Shown here: one piece after another, positions 9,503 to 20,977 of the stretch
Numbering within the stretch: the first letter of the stretch is position 1
How the letters are laid out: each line of letters starts with the position of its first letter
Source of the DNA: Dehalococcoidia bacterium
GTDB lineage: Bacteria; Chloroflexota; Dehalococcoidia; Lucifugimonadales; GCA-002694895
Direction of reading: 5' to 3'
Assembly (NCBI GenBank): GCA_045564835.1
Contig: JBJLGN010000025.1
Coordinates: 2,809-66,808, forward strand
Length of the DNA stretch: 64,000 nt
The notes under the pieces: generated by a model
Told to the model about the DNA's origin: nothing
What the model saw: the letters and a program-made list of their open reading frames with translations, nothing else
Database searches by the model: none
Position numbers and translations under genes: made by a program

Positions 9503-9601
9503 TTCTAATTATTTCTTATTTTAGATCTAAAAAATAATTAGAACCTTTTGGATATAACAATTACAATTATTTCTAGGTATAATTTAATACAAATAAATAT
9601 T

Positions 9602-11797
9602 ATGAATTTAATAAAAACAGACAAAAAATTATATCTTTTTAACACACTTAGTAAAAAGACAGAAATATTCATCCCACGTGATGAAGTAGTAAAAATGTAT
9701 ACTTGTGGTCCTACTGTGTATCGAGATGCACATATAGGTAACATGAGAACATATATCTTGGCAGATATTTTAAAAAAGACTCTAACGCATATCGGATATA
9801 AGGTTAAGCACGTAAAAAATATAACTGACGTTGGTCATATGAGACAAGAAGTACTAGATCAAGGTGAAGATAAAATAATAGCTGCTGCTATAAAGGAAGG
9901 AAAATCAGCATCAGATATAGCTGAAGAATATACAAAAAAGTTTTTTATTGATGAAAAAGCCTTAAATATTGAAAAAGCCGATTATAATCCTAAAGCCACT
10001 CAACACATACCAGAAATGCTAAAAATGATAGATAAATTAATAGACAATAAAATAGCATATGTTAGTAATAAAAATGTATATTTTGATATTAGCAAATTTA
10101 ATCAATATGGAAAATTGTCTGGGAATATTTCTAATTTATCAACTCTTAATAATAATGAGGATGTTGATCCCAACAAGAAAAATCCTAATGATTTTGCTGT
10201 ATGGAAATCATCCGATGAGAATAGAGAACTAATATGGGACAGCAAGTTTGGAAGAGGATTCCCCGGATGGCATATTGAATGTTCAGCTATGGCTCATAAA
10301 TACTTAGGCGAAGAATTTGATATACATACAGGAGGAGTAGACAACATATTTCCTCATCACGAAGGTGAAATTGCACAAAGTGAAGGTTCGTTTGGTAAAA
10401 AGCATGTTAATTATTGGATCCATGGACAACATTTGTTATCCGAAGGAATTAAAATGTCAAAATCAAAGCAAAATGAATATTTAATTTCCGATATTTCACA
10501 AAGATTAATGGATCCCTTAGCATTTAGGTATTTGTGCTTGATGACAAATTACAGAACAAAATTAAATTTTACTTTTTCATCCTTAAAAGCTGCTCAAAAA
10601 GGATTGAATAGATTAAGGCATTTATATTGGTCTCACAAAAACTCAAGCAAAACAATCAATAATATCTCCGTGGGCGAATGGTGTAAAAAAATTGACAACG
10701 CATTATTAAACAATCTAAATACTTCAAAAGTATTATCGATATTGTGGCAATCAACAAAATCAAATTTAAATTCTGCAGAAATATGTTACTTATTTGAATA
10801 CATAGATTTTGTACTAGGACTTGATTTCAAAAAGCGTTATTTAAACCAAAATAATTTTAAGATCTCTGAGGATGAATATAAAGACAGAAAAAATAAACGT
10901 ATATCAAAACAATATATCTATTCAGATAATACAAGACTAAGTTCAATTAAAACAAATAATTTAAAATATTATGATTATCAAAATGGTGATTATAAAGTCA
11001 AAAAAATATCTCCTTACGAAAAAGCAATTCAAACGAACAATATTTCAGGTTCTTCAGAAATAAAATCTAATATTAAGGAAAAAAGTAAGTTTGATATTTC
11101 CGTTTGTCTAATCTTAGATGAGTTTTCAAATGATTTTAAAAGATGCCTAAATTCCGTCATAGAAAATATTCCAAGTAACCTATCTTACGAAATAATAGTT
11201 GCAATAAATGGGATTTCAGATGAAAAGATAGAGGGAATTATTGATGATTACAAAGTTAATAAAAATATAAATTTCATTCATATTGATCCAATTTGTGGTG
11301 CAGGATCAGTTAGAAATATCATGATAAAAAAGTCACTAGGAGAATTTTTATTTCTAATAGACACAAGTATAGAAATAAAGGGTAATATTTTTAACCAAAT
11401 AATAAATGATCTCACTAATAGTGAAATAGGATTGATTGGACCTTTCGGTCTCAAAACTGATGACCTACACCACTTTCACGAAATTTCTGAAACAAAAGAA
11501 TATGTGGATGCCATACAGTTATATTTGTTTGCATTTAGAAGAAGTGTAATAAATAAAACAGGCATGTTCAGAGAAAATTTCAGATTCTATAGAAATTTAG
11601 ATATAGATTTTTCATTCCAAATAAAAAAAGCAAACTTGAAATTATTATCTAATCCAAATTTAAATATAATGCGACATACTCATAGTGTGTGGGAAAACAC
11701 TCATCCTAAAACTAGAGATGAACTGAGTAAAGATAATTACAAAAGATTTTTACAAAAATGGAAAAATTACAAACATTTACTTAACAACTCAAAATGA
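9602..11797 (+). CDS. cysS: cysteinyl-tRNA synthetase fused to a C-terminal GT-A/GT2-like domain
   Basis: I moved the start to ATG 9602 (MNLIKTDKKLYLFNT); the track ORF begins at TTG 9548. Motifs are HIGN (DAHIGNMRTY) and KMSKS (IKMSKSKQN), and a CysRS-like body runs to about nt 11000. An extra 235-aa domain follows from about 11090 (ISVCLILDEF, EIIVAINGISD, GAGSVRNIMIKKSLGEFLFLIDTS). Confidence 0.8.
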   Translation: MNLIKTDKKLYLFNTLSKKTEIFIPRDEVVKMYTCGPTVYRDAHIGNMRTYILADILKKTLTHIGYKVKHVKNITDVGHMRQEVLDQGEDKIIAAAIKEGKSASDIAEEYTKKFFIDEKALNIEKADYNPKATQHIPEMLKMIDKLIDNKIAYVSNKNVYFDISKFNQYGKLSGNISNLSTLNNNEDVDPNKKNPNDFAVWKSSDENRELIWDSKFGRGFPGWHIECSAMAHKYLGEEFDIHTGGVDNIFPHHEGEIAQSEGSFGKKHVNYWIHGQHLLSEGIKMSKSKQNEYLISDISQRLMDPLAFRYLCLMTNYRTKLNFTFSSLKAAQKGLNRLRHLYWSHKNSSKTINNISVGEWCKKIDNALLNNLNTSKVLSILWQSTKSNLNSAEICYLFEYIDFVLGLDFKKRYLNQNNFKISEDEYKDRKNKRISKQYIYSDNTRLSSIKTNNLKYYDYQNGDYKVKKISPYEKAIQTNNISGSSEIKSNIKEKSKFDISVCLILDEFSNDFKRCLNSVIENIPSNLSYEIIVAINGISDEKIEGIIDDYKVNKNINFIHIDPICGAGSVRNIMIKKSLGEFLFLIDTSIEIKGNIFNQIINDLTNSEIGLIGPFGLKTDDLHHFHEISETKEYVDAIQLYLFAFRRSVINKTGMFRENFRFYRNLDIDFSFQIKKANLKLLSNPNLNIMRHTHSVWENTHPKTRDELSKDNYKRFLQKWKNYKHLLNNSK

Positions 11798-13218
11798 AAT
11801 TATTAGTTAACGCTAAAATTTTCCCATCAAACAAATCTCAATCCATATTAATAAATAAAAATAAAATAATATTCATTGGAGACAGAAAAGAAATAAATAT
11901 CTCCTTAAATGCTTCAGGTATAATTAACTGCAACAATAATACTGTCTTACCTGGATTTATTGACGGGCATTGTCACCCATTTGAAATAGTATCAAACATG
12001 AGCAGTATTGATCTTTCAGATTATCAATTTAATTCCAAAAACGAACTCAGGAATTATTTGAAAAATATAAATACTAAAAATAAAAAAATATTAAAATTCC
12101 ATGGATTTGAACACAGAAATATAAATAGCCAATTAGATTTAAGATTTTTTGATAATTTAAAAATAGATATTCCATTGATAATAAAACACCGAACAGGACA
12201 TCTAGTATTTTTAAATACATTAGCGTTAAAAAATTCAAAAATAGATATAAATAATTATGATTTTCCTATTAACTCATTAGCGATTCATAAAAAACTATCG
12301 TTAGAAGAAAATTTAGATTTTGAAGAAAATTTAGAAAATTATAGTCAAGATTTACTTGAATATGGTTATACAACAATAGTAGATGCGGGCGTCGGTAATG
12401 ACATGGAAAAATACAATAAATATAAAGATTTAATTTATTCTAATAGGCTCAGTTCAAACGTTTGCTACATGTTAGGGCAAAACAATATTAATCAATTTAA
12501 AAATGCAACAACAAATGACAACTTGTATCTAGGTCCAAGTAAATTCATGTTTCAAGAAAACACGGCTATCGAAGAGATTGAAAATACGTTAAAAGATTTT
12601 TTATCAATCAATAAAAATGATATAGCTTTCCATGCCATTAGTTCAGAAATGATTTTCAAAATCTTATATACACTTTTTGAAAAACTTAACGAGTATCTTG
12701 AAAAAAGAATAATTAGATTAGAACACGCTACAGAATTTATAGCTGATTCATACAAGGAATATAGTTCTAGAAACTTACATCTCATATTCAATCCAAATTT
12801 CATTTACGATCATGGTGACTTTTACATAAATCATCAAGATGATTTTGATATTGAATCGCTCTTTGGGATAAAAGATAGTTTAAGAAATAATTTTAAAATT
12901 GGATTTGGTACCGACTCACCTTTTGGTTCAATCGATCCTATGAAAATTATTGCTTCAGCAAAAAATAGGGCTACAAAAAACAACAATCTGATCGGAGTAA
13001 ATAACAAAATAAATTTCAAACAAATTATAAACGCCTTAACAAAAAATAATGCAATAGCTATAAATAAAAAGAAAGTAATAGGTTCTATAGAAACTGGGAA
13101 AAATGCAGATATAATAATTCTAAATAATCAAATAACAGAAACTACTAACACAGATGGCATACAGGTTAATTATACAATTATCAATGGTGAATCAAAGTAC
13201 ATTAGAGAAATCAATTAA
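11794..13218 (+). CDS. metal-dependent amidohydrolase (YtcJ/Amidohydro_3-like)
   Basis: 474-aa ORF with PGFIDGHCHPFE (HxH metal motif) and a C-terminal GKNADIIILN. An ATGA start/stop overlap links it to the cysS fusion gene. Confidence 0.7.
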   Translation: MKLLVNAKIFPSNKSQSILINKNKIIFIGDRKEINISLNASGIINCNNNTVLPGFIDGHCHPFEIVSNMSSIDLSDYQFNSKNELRNYLKNINTKNKKILKFHGFEHRNINSQLDLRFFDNLKIDIPLIIKHRTGHLVFLNTLALKNSKIDINNYDFPINSLAIHKKLSLEENLDFEENLENYSQDLLEYGYTTIVDAGVGNDMEKYNKYKDLIYSNRLSSNVCYMLGQNNINQFKNATTNDNLYLGPSKFMFQENTAIEEIENTLKDFLSINKNDIAFHAISSEMIFKILYTLFEKLNEYLEKRIIRLEHATEFIADSYKEYSSRNLHLIFNPNFIYDHGDFYINHQDDFDIESLFGIKDSLRNNFKIGFGTDSPFGSIDPMKIIASAKNRATKNNNLIGVNNKINFKQIINALTKNNAIAINKKKVIGSIETGKNADIIILNNQITETTNTDGIQVNYTIINGESKYIREIN

Positions 13219-14185
13219 TAGAGTCTGCAATTTTGCATAGCAATTGTTTCAATTGATTATCAGGAAATTTATCTAAAGATTTTTTTGCATTTTGAATATA
13301 TTTGTTTCCTATTTCATTCGATTCTTTCAAATACCCATTAGTGTCAAGATAATCTTTAGCTTGATGCATATCTATATGACCATCTATTCCAATAAAAGGA
13401 TTATTTATTTTATCATTAAATGACAAAATAACAGGCAAAGTAAAAATACCGTTTTGAATATCAATTCCTGGGTTTTTACCATTATTTGTTTTTTTATCTA
13501 TTTCAGTGAAATCTTTAATATCATCAAAGATTTGAAATGCATATCCCAATAATTCACCATAATTTTTAAGCATGTTACATTGATCATCATCAAATTCAGA
13601 CAGAATTCCTCCAGACCATACTGCAGTTTCAAACAATGAAGCTGTCTTTTTTCTAATCCTGTAGAAATATTGATCTTTATTTTGAAAATGACTATTTCTA
13701 CTTTCCATTTCTAATAATTGTCCCATAGACAAATCAACAATTGTATTTGCAAATTTATTTACAACATCAATATTTTTTGTTTCACAAACAAAAGTTGCAG
13801 ATTTAGCAAAAATAATATCTCCCATCATAACAGCCATATTATTTCCATAAATATTGTTAAATGATTTTTGACCTCTTCTTTGAGTTGCATTATCAACTAT
13901 ATCATCATGCACAAGACTTGCAGTATGAAGAAGTTCTATAGCTACTGCCATATTTATAATTCTTTCTTTTATAGAATTATTTGGATCAAGAGAAAATTGG
14001 CCAATTAAGAGAGTTAAAATTGGACGAAGTAATTTCCCATTTTGTGATGTTATTGTTACTTGTTGTACTAACTCATTTATATACTTATCATCAAATTCAA
14101 TTGTAATTAATTTATTTTTAACAACATTAAATTCAGCTTTAATGAATTTGGATATATCATTTTTCAATGAGGATGAAATAGCCAA
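13211..14185 (-). CDS. trans-polyprenyl diphosphate synthase (chain length not assignable)
   Basis: 324-aa ORF with two Asp-rich motifs, LVHDDIVDN and FQIFDDIKD. It overlaps the convergent amidohydrolase gene by 8 nt. Confidence 0.85.
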   Translation of the reverse strand: MAISSSLKNDISKFIKAEFNVVKNKLITIEFDDKYINELVQQVTITSQNGKLLRPILTLLIGQFSLDPNNSIKERIINMAVAIELLHTASLVHDDIVDNATQRRGQKSFNNIYGNNMAVMMGDIIFAKSATFVCETKNIDVVNKFANTIVDLSMGQLLEMESRNSHFQNKDQYFYRIRKKTASLFETAVWSGGILSEFDDDQCNMLKNYGELLGYAFQIFDDIKDFTEIDKKTNNGKNPGIDIQNGIFTLPVILSFNDKINNPFIGIDGHIDMHQAKDYLDTNGYLKESNEIGNKYIQNAKKSLDKFPDNQLKQLLCKIADSIN

Positions 14186-14186
14186 A

Positions 14187-15836
14187 TTAATCCTCTATTT
14201 TTTTGAATAATGGGCCGGTAAAATTCAAAGATTGTCCTGGAGGTAAATCATACTCATCCCATTCCCATTTAAATTCGCTATTATCCTCAAAGCCTAGCAT
14301 AGTATTCAATTTATCAGAAGAGTCAGGAATATAAGCATAAAACAGAACCTTCAGACAATTAATTGCAGTCAAGCAAACCCAGATAACTTCACCAGCTTTT
14401 TCTTTATCTGTTTTTACTAATTTCCATGGTTCTTTCTGATCTATGTATTTATTTATATTACTACACAATTTCATAATCTCTCTTAATCCGGATCTAATCC
14501 TAACTTTTGAGATTTCATTTTTAACATTTGACATCGTACTATTACATAAAGAAATAATTTCTTTTCCATCATCATCAATATTTTTGGCATCAGGTATAAC
14601 TGAGTTGAAATTTTTAACACAAATATTTACAACCCGGTTAACTAAATTCCCATAAGCTGCGACCAATTCTTGATTGTTAGAACGTATGAGTTCAGTCAAA
14701 CTAAAATTTGTATCTGAACTCTCGGGTAAATTAGAGGCTAAAGAATATCTGATAGTATCTGTCTCATAGATTTCACTTAACTCATTTGCCCATAAAGCCC
14801 AATTTCTACTAGTTGATAATTGTTTCCCTTCAAGGTTCAGATATTCGTTGGCAGGAATGTTATGAGGAAGATTAAGTTCTCCTTTTCCTAATAAAATAGC
14901 TGGTAGTATTACTGAATGAAATATTATATTATCTTTGCCCATAAAATAATAAGATTCGCTTTCCCCTTGCCAATATTCCTTCCATTGATCTTTATTTTGT
15001 TTGTCAGAAAAATATTCTATTGATGCAGACAAATAGCCAATCACTGCTTCAAACCAAACATATATTCTTTTATCTTCCCATCCATCAACTGGAACTTTAA
15101 TCCCCCAGTCAATATCTCTTGTAATTGGCCTGTCATTTAAACCTTCAGACATAAAGCCCAAAGAAGTTTTTTGCACATTAGATTTGAAATTATTTTTTGA
15201 ATTTAGCCAATCTTTTAATTTATTTTCAAAAGAGCTTAATTTTAAAAAATAATGTTCAGAGTTTCGAAAATTGATAACTTCTGATTTTGAACATATTTTA
15301 CATACCATATCTAATAGATCTTTTGGGTCTAATGTTTTGCCACAACTATCACATTGATCACCTCGTGCATCTTTAGAATTACATTCTTTATTTGGGCAAG
15401 TTCCTTCAACATATCTATCAGCTAAAAATCGTTCACAATCCGAACAATAGGGTAAAGTCATTTCTTTGGAATATATAAATCCTTTATCTAATAAATCCAA
15501 AAAAATATCCTGAACTACTTTCTCATGATTTTGGGTTCGAGTGGAAGTAAATAAATCAAAGTTTATACGTAAATTTGACCAAGATTGATTTATATCTTTA
15601 TCATAATATTCAAATAATTCTTGAGGTGATTTGTTTTCTTGCAATGCGCTTATGACTACAGGAGTGCCATGTGCGTCGCTACCAGATACCATTAAAACAT
15701 TATTGCCAATCATTCTATTAAATCTAGCAAAGATATCAGCTGGCAAATAACATCCTGCCAAATGTCCTATATGTATTCTTCCATTTGCGTAAGGCCACGC
15801 AACAGATACAAGTATATTTTTGTTAGTATTGATCAA
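14187..15836 (-). CDS. metG: methionyl-tRNA synthetase
   Basis: 549-aa ORF with WPYANGRIHIGHLAG (HIGH), Cys knuckles CSDCERF...CPNKEC...CDSCGK, and LSTSRN in the KMSKS position. Confidence 0.9.
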   Translation of the reverse strand: MINTNKNILVSVAWPYANGRIHIGHLAGCYLPADIFARFNRMIGNNVLMVSGSDAHGTPVVISALQENKSPQELFEYYDKDINQSWSNLRINFDLFTSTRTQNHEKVVQDIFLDLLDKGFIYSKEMTLPYCSDCERFLADRYVEGTCPNKECNSKDARGDQCDSCGKTLDPKDLLDMVCKICSKSEVINFRNSEHYFLKLSSFENKLKDWLNSKNNFKSNVQKTSLGFMSEGLNDRPITRDIDWGIKVPVDGWEDKRIYVWFEAVIGYLSASIEYFSDKQNKDQWKEYWQGESESYYFMGKDNIIFHSVILPAILLGKGELNLPHNIPANEYLNLEGKQLSTSRNWALWANELSEIYETDTIRYSLASNLPESSDTNFSLTELIRSNNQELVAAYGNLVNRVVNICVKNFNSVIPDAKNIDDDGKEIISLCNSTMSNVKNEISKVRIRSGLREIMKLCSNINKYIDQKEPWKLVKTDKEKAGEVIWVCLTAINCLKVLFYAYIPDSSDKLNTMLGFEDNSEFKWEWDEYDLPPGQSLNFTGPLFKKIED

Positions 15837-15848
15837 TATAGTTCTCTT

Positions 15849-16658
15849 TTATTTATCTATCCAAATATTATAGATATCTTTTCTTGGTAAATCGAATATT
15901 TCAGATATTATTTTAGTAGCATTCCTAAGAGAAAGTCCATTTTGAAGCATATATTCTATTTCTAATTTAGCATATTGTGTGAATTCCTCATCAATATATT
16001 GTTTTTTGTTCTCAATTCCCTCGATCAAAACAACATACTCACCTTTTTCTATAAAAGTAAATTCGTTTTGATCTTCAAGATCAATTTTTAAAATTTTTTC
16101 ATGTATTTTAGTGAGTTCATGAAAGATAATAATAGTCCTATCAATCAAAGTTTCTTTAAGTAATCTAATAGTTTTATTAATCCTTTTTGGACTTTCAAAT
16201 AAAAATGTATCTTGGGTTCTATATCTGAGTTTAGATAGTATAATTTTTTGATCAGAATTTAATCTTGGGAAAAAGCCTTCAAATAAAAAATTACTCATTT
16301 CTTTACCAGCTACAGAAATTGCTGCCATAAGAGAAGAAACCCCCGGAACAGGGATCACTTGAATTCCATTATTCATAGCAATTTTAATCAATTTATATCC
16401 AGGATCTGATAAAAGAGGCGTTCCAGCATCTGTAATTAGAGCTATATCATGCGATGTTATTTTTTCTAAATAGTAGTTTTGTTTAGAATCGGAATCTATG
16501 TATCTGGTTAAAGGTTTCGAAATATTATAATGATCTAACAATTTTTTGGTTACTCTAGTGTCTTCACATAATACAAGATCCACTTCTTTTAAGATTCTTA
16601 TAGAACGTAAAGTCATATCTTCCAAATTTCCAATAGGAGATGCTACTACGTACAACAT
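15849..16658 (-). CDS. rsmI: 16S rRNA (cytidine1402-2'-O)-methyltransferase
   Basis: Tetrapyrrole-methylase fold N-terminus MLYVVASPIGNLEDMTLRSIRILKEVDLVLCEDTR. I prefer ATG 16658; the track ORF extends to 16736 with a non-conserved extension. Confidence 0.85.
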   Translation of the reverse strand: MLYVVASPIGNLEDMTLRSIRILKEVDLVLCEDTRVTKKLLDHYNISKPLTRYIDSDSKQNYYLEKITSHDIALITDAGTPLLSDPGYKLIKIAMNNGIQVIPVPGVSSLMAAISVAGKEMSNFLFEGFFPRLNSDQKIILSKLRYRTQDTFLFESPKRINKTIRLLKETLIDRTIIIFHELTKIHEKILKIDLEDQNEFTFIEKGEYVVLIEGIENKKQYIDEEFTQYAKLEIEYMLQNGLSLRNATKIISEIFDLPRKDIYNIWIDK

Positions 16659-16838
16659 AAATTTTTTACTAATTTTTTTATAAGCAAAATAGTTAAACTC
16701 TGAATACAAAATTATAACATTTATTGCATTATACACTCGAAAGTAAAACTAATATAAATAAATAAATGTATAAAAAGAGATATTGTTAGGATATAAAATC
16801 TTTTATAATAGCTAAAGATTTTTACTAAAGAGGTAAAC

Positions 16839-17843
16839 ATGAAAATAGGCATTATTGGTGCTACCGGAGCAGTTGGAAAAGTTTTTTTAAATTTACTACC
16901 TAACTCAACTCTAGAAATTTCGGATTTGAAATTAACAGCTTCAAAAAGATCAATAGGGAAAAAAATAAATTATGAAAACAAAGAATATACCATACAAGAA
17001 CATAATGATGATTTTTATAATGATCTTGATTACGTTTTCAGCTCAGCATCATCAGAAGTAAGTAAAATAGCTGCTCAAAAATCAAAAGAGCATAATGTAA
17101 TAATGATAGATGACAGCTCTGAATTCAGATTAGATAAAGATGTACCTTTGGTTGTCCCTGAAATCAACTCACAAGAATTAAATAATCATAAAGGAATAGT
17201 AGCGATACCAAATTGTACAACGACTCCTCTTGCAATGATTTTAGATGCAGTCAGGTCAAATTATAGAATAAAAAGAGTAATCGTAGACACTTATCAAGCA
17301 GTATCAGGTACAGGGAATCTAGCTATAGAAGAATTATTAAATCAAACTAAGCATTATCTAGATAATGGGTCAAATTCAAATAAAAAAGAAGTATATCCAC
17401 ATAATATTGGTCTGAATTTAATCCCACATGTGGAAGCGCCTCAAGAAAATCTGTACACCAAAGAAGAAATGAAAATGCTATATGAAACAAGAAAAATTTT
17501 ATCAGATAATGATTTAAGAGTATCAGCAACATGTGTTAGGGTTCCTGTCATTAGATGTCACTCTGAAAGTATTAATATAGAATTTGACCAAATACCATCT
17601 ACAGCAAAAATTTCAGAATTACTTAATAGTTACCCTGGTATTAGCTTACTAGATGATATACAAAATAATATATACCCTACTCCTGTATTTGGAGAAGGGA
17701 AACAAGATGTATATGTTGGTAGATTAAGAAAAGATATTTCAAATGACAATGCAATAAATCTATGGGCGGTTAGTGATAATTTAATAAAAGGTGCTGCTTT
17801 AAATGCTATTCAAATTCTTGAAGAATTTGAAAAAATTGGCTAA
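16839..17843 (+). CDS. asd: aspartate-semialdehyde dehydrogenase
   Basis: 334-aa ORF with MKIGIIGATGAVG (Rossmann) and active-site IPNCTTTPL. An AGAGG Shine-Dalgarno sequence lies upstream. Confidence 0.9.
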   Translation: MKIGIIGATGAVGKVFLNLLPNSTLEISDLKLTASKRSIGKKINYENKEYTIQEHNDDFYNDLDYVFSSASSEVSKIAAQKSKEHNVIMIDDSSEFRLDKDVPLVVPEINSQELNNHKGIVAIPNCTTTPLAMILDAVRSNYRIKRVIVDTYQAVSGTGNLAIEELLNQTKHYLDNGSNSNKKEVYPHNIGLNLIPHVEAPQENLYTKEEMKMLYETRKILSDNDLRVSATCVRVPVIRCHSESINIEFDQIPSTAKISELLNSYPGISLLDDIQNNIYPTPVFGEGKQDVYVGRLRKDISNDNAINLWAVSDNLIKGAALNAIQILEEFEKIG

Positions 17844-17882
17844 TATGTCTTAACTAATTATTTTATTTAATGGAAAAGATAT

Positions 17883-20059
<2,177 letters not shown>

Positions 20060-20127
20060 CTATATAAATAAAACTTTATTAATATATCAAAAGTTTTAAG
20101 TATATGAAAGAACTTTAACTCAAAAAC

Positions 20128-20706
20128 CTACTTTTTTTTCCTATAGTTTTTTCTGTATTTAGTATTTCTTCTATAATTGTTGTTGAATCTTCGATTAGTA
20201 TTTATCCATAGATCAGAAAAATAATTCTGTGTTAATTGTGTATGTCCATCTGATTCTTCAGCTAATTGTTTAGATAAGTTAGATGAAAAAGCAACAACCT
20301 CAACATATTTACCTAATTCTTTGATAGCTTTCACAGCATAAGTAAAGTCACCATCTCCACTAACGATTATTCCAATGTCGTATCTGTCGTTCCACGCATA
20401 CTTCAACATATCTGTTGCAAGCATTATGTCCACACCTTTTTCAACAGTGGTTTCGCCTCTTTGTTTAGCATTTCCTAATCTGACTTCATATTTAGATTTG
20501 TTATTTAATGTACTTAGAAATGTTTTATGTGCAGCATATGCTTTTGGATTAATATCTGCATCTCTTTCCGCATTATAATAATATGTTCTATATAATTGCC
20601 TATTATTTGTTAATTTTTCTGAAAATTTTTCAAAATTCAAATCAGATCTTTTACAATTTTCTTCTAAACTATGGTAAAGATTACTACCATCTATAAAGAT
20701 AGCCAC
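20128..20706 (-). CDS. NYN/LabA-like (PIN-fold) domain protein with a basic C-terminal tail
   Basis: 192-aa ORF with AIFIDGSNLY, GVDIMLATDML and IVSGDGDFTYAV. The last 30 aa or so are N/R/K/Y-rich. The start is uncertain: the track uses GTG 20706, but a perfect GGGAGGTGA Shine-Dalgarno sequence lies at 20766..20758. Confidence 0.65.
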   Translation of the reverse strand: MAIFIDGSNLYHSLEENCKRSDLNFEKFSEKLTNNRQLYRTYYYNAERDADINPKAYAAHKTFLSTLNNKSKYEVRLGNAKQRGETTVEKGVDIMLATDMLKYAWNDRYDIGIIVSGDGDFTYAVKAIKELGKYVEVVAFSSNLSKQLAEESDGHTQLTQNYFSDLWINTNRRFNNNYRRNTKYRKNYRKKK

Positions 20707-20889
20707 TTTTTCTTTTTTTCTACCAAATCTAAAAAGATTTTTTAATTTAATTATCTTTCACCTCCCAGTTAAATAATTTCATATAATTTTTATCACTATT
20801 TATGTGTATTTATCTACCATTCTATAGTTTTATATTTTTATATATTTTATTATACTCTTTTGATCAATTTATATTTAATTTATATTTAA

Positions 20890-20965
20890 GGCAATGTAGC
20901 TCAGGGGTTAGAGCGAGCGCTTCATAAGCGTTAGGCCGGAGGTTCAAATCCTCCCATTGCCACCA
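20890..20965 (+). tRNA. tRNA with anticodon CAU (elongator Met, or Ile2 if lysidinylated), CCA encoded
   Basis: Hand-folded cloverleaf. Acceptor GGCAATG/CATTGCC, D arm GCTC/GAGC, anticodon stem AGCGC/GCGTT with loop TTCATAA, T arm GGAGG-TTCAAAT-CCTCC, then ACCA. The G1-C72 pair argues against an initiator. Confidence 0.9.
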
Positions 20966-20977
20966 AAATTTATTTTT

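Noticed and set aside
8195-9545. The recombinase as marker of a prophage or integrative element
   Set aside because: The flanking genes are housekeeping and lie 2 nt and ~100 nt away. There are no cargo, phage or plasmid genes, no tRNA-adjacent att-like direct repeats visible by eye, and no obvious compositional break.
9538-9744. 68-aa minus-strand ORF, and the TTG 9548 extension of cysS
   Set aside because: The minus ORF is antisense to the conserved CysRS N-terminus. The TTG extension (MDITITIISRYNLIQINI) is AT-rich promoter-region sequence with no conservation signal. ATG 9602 gives a typical CysRS N-terminus.
16737-16838. Lysine riboswitch upstream of asd-dapA, and a TPP riboswitch upstream of thiD
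   Set aside because: The asd leader is only ~100 nt, AT-rich, and lacks the conserved L-box helices. thiD has no leader at all because it overlaps the upstream mocA-like gene.
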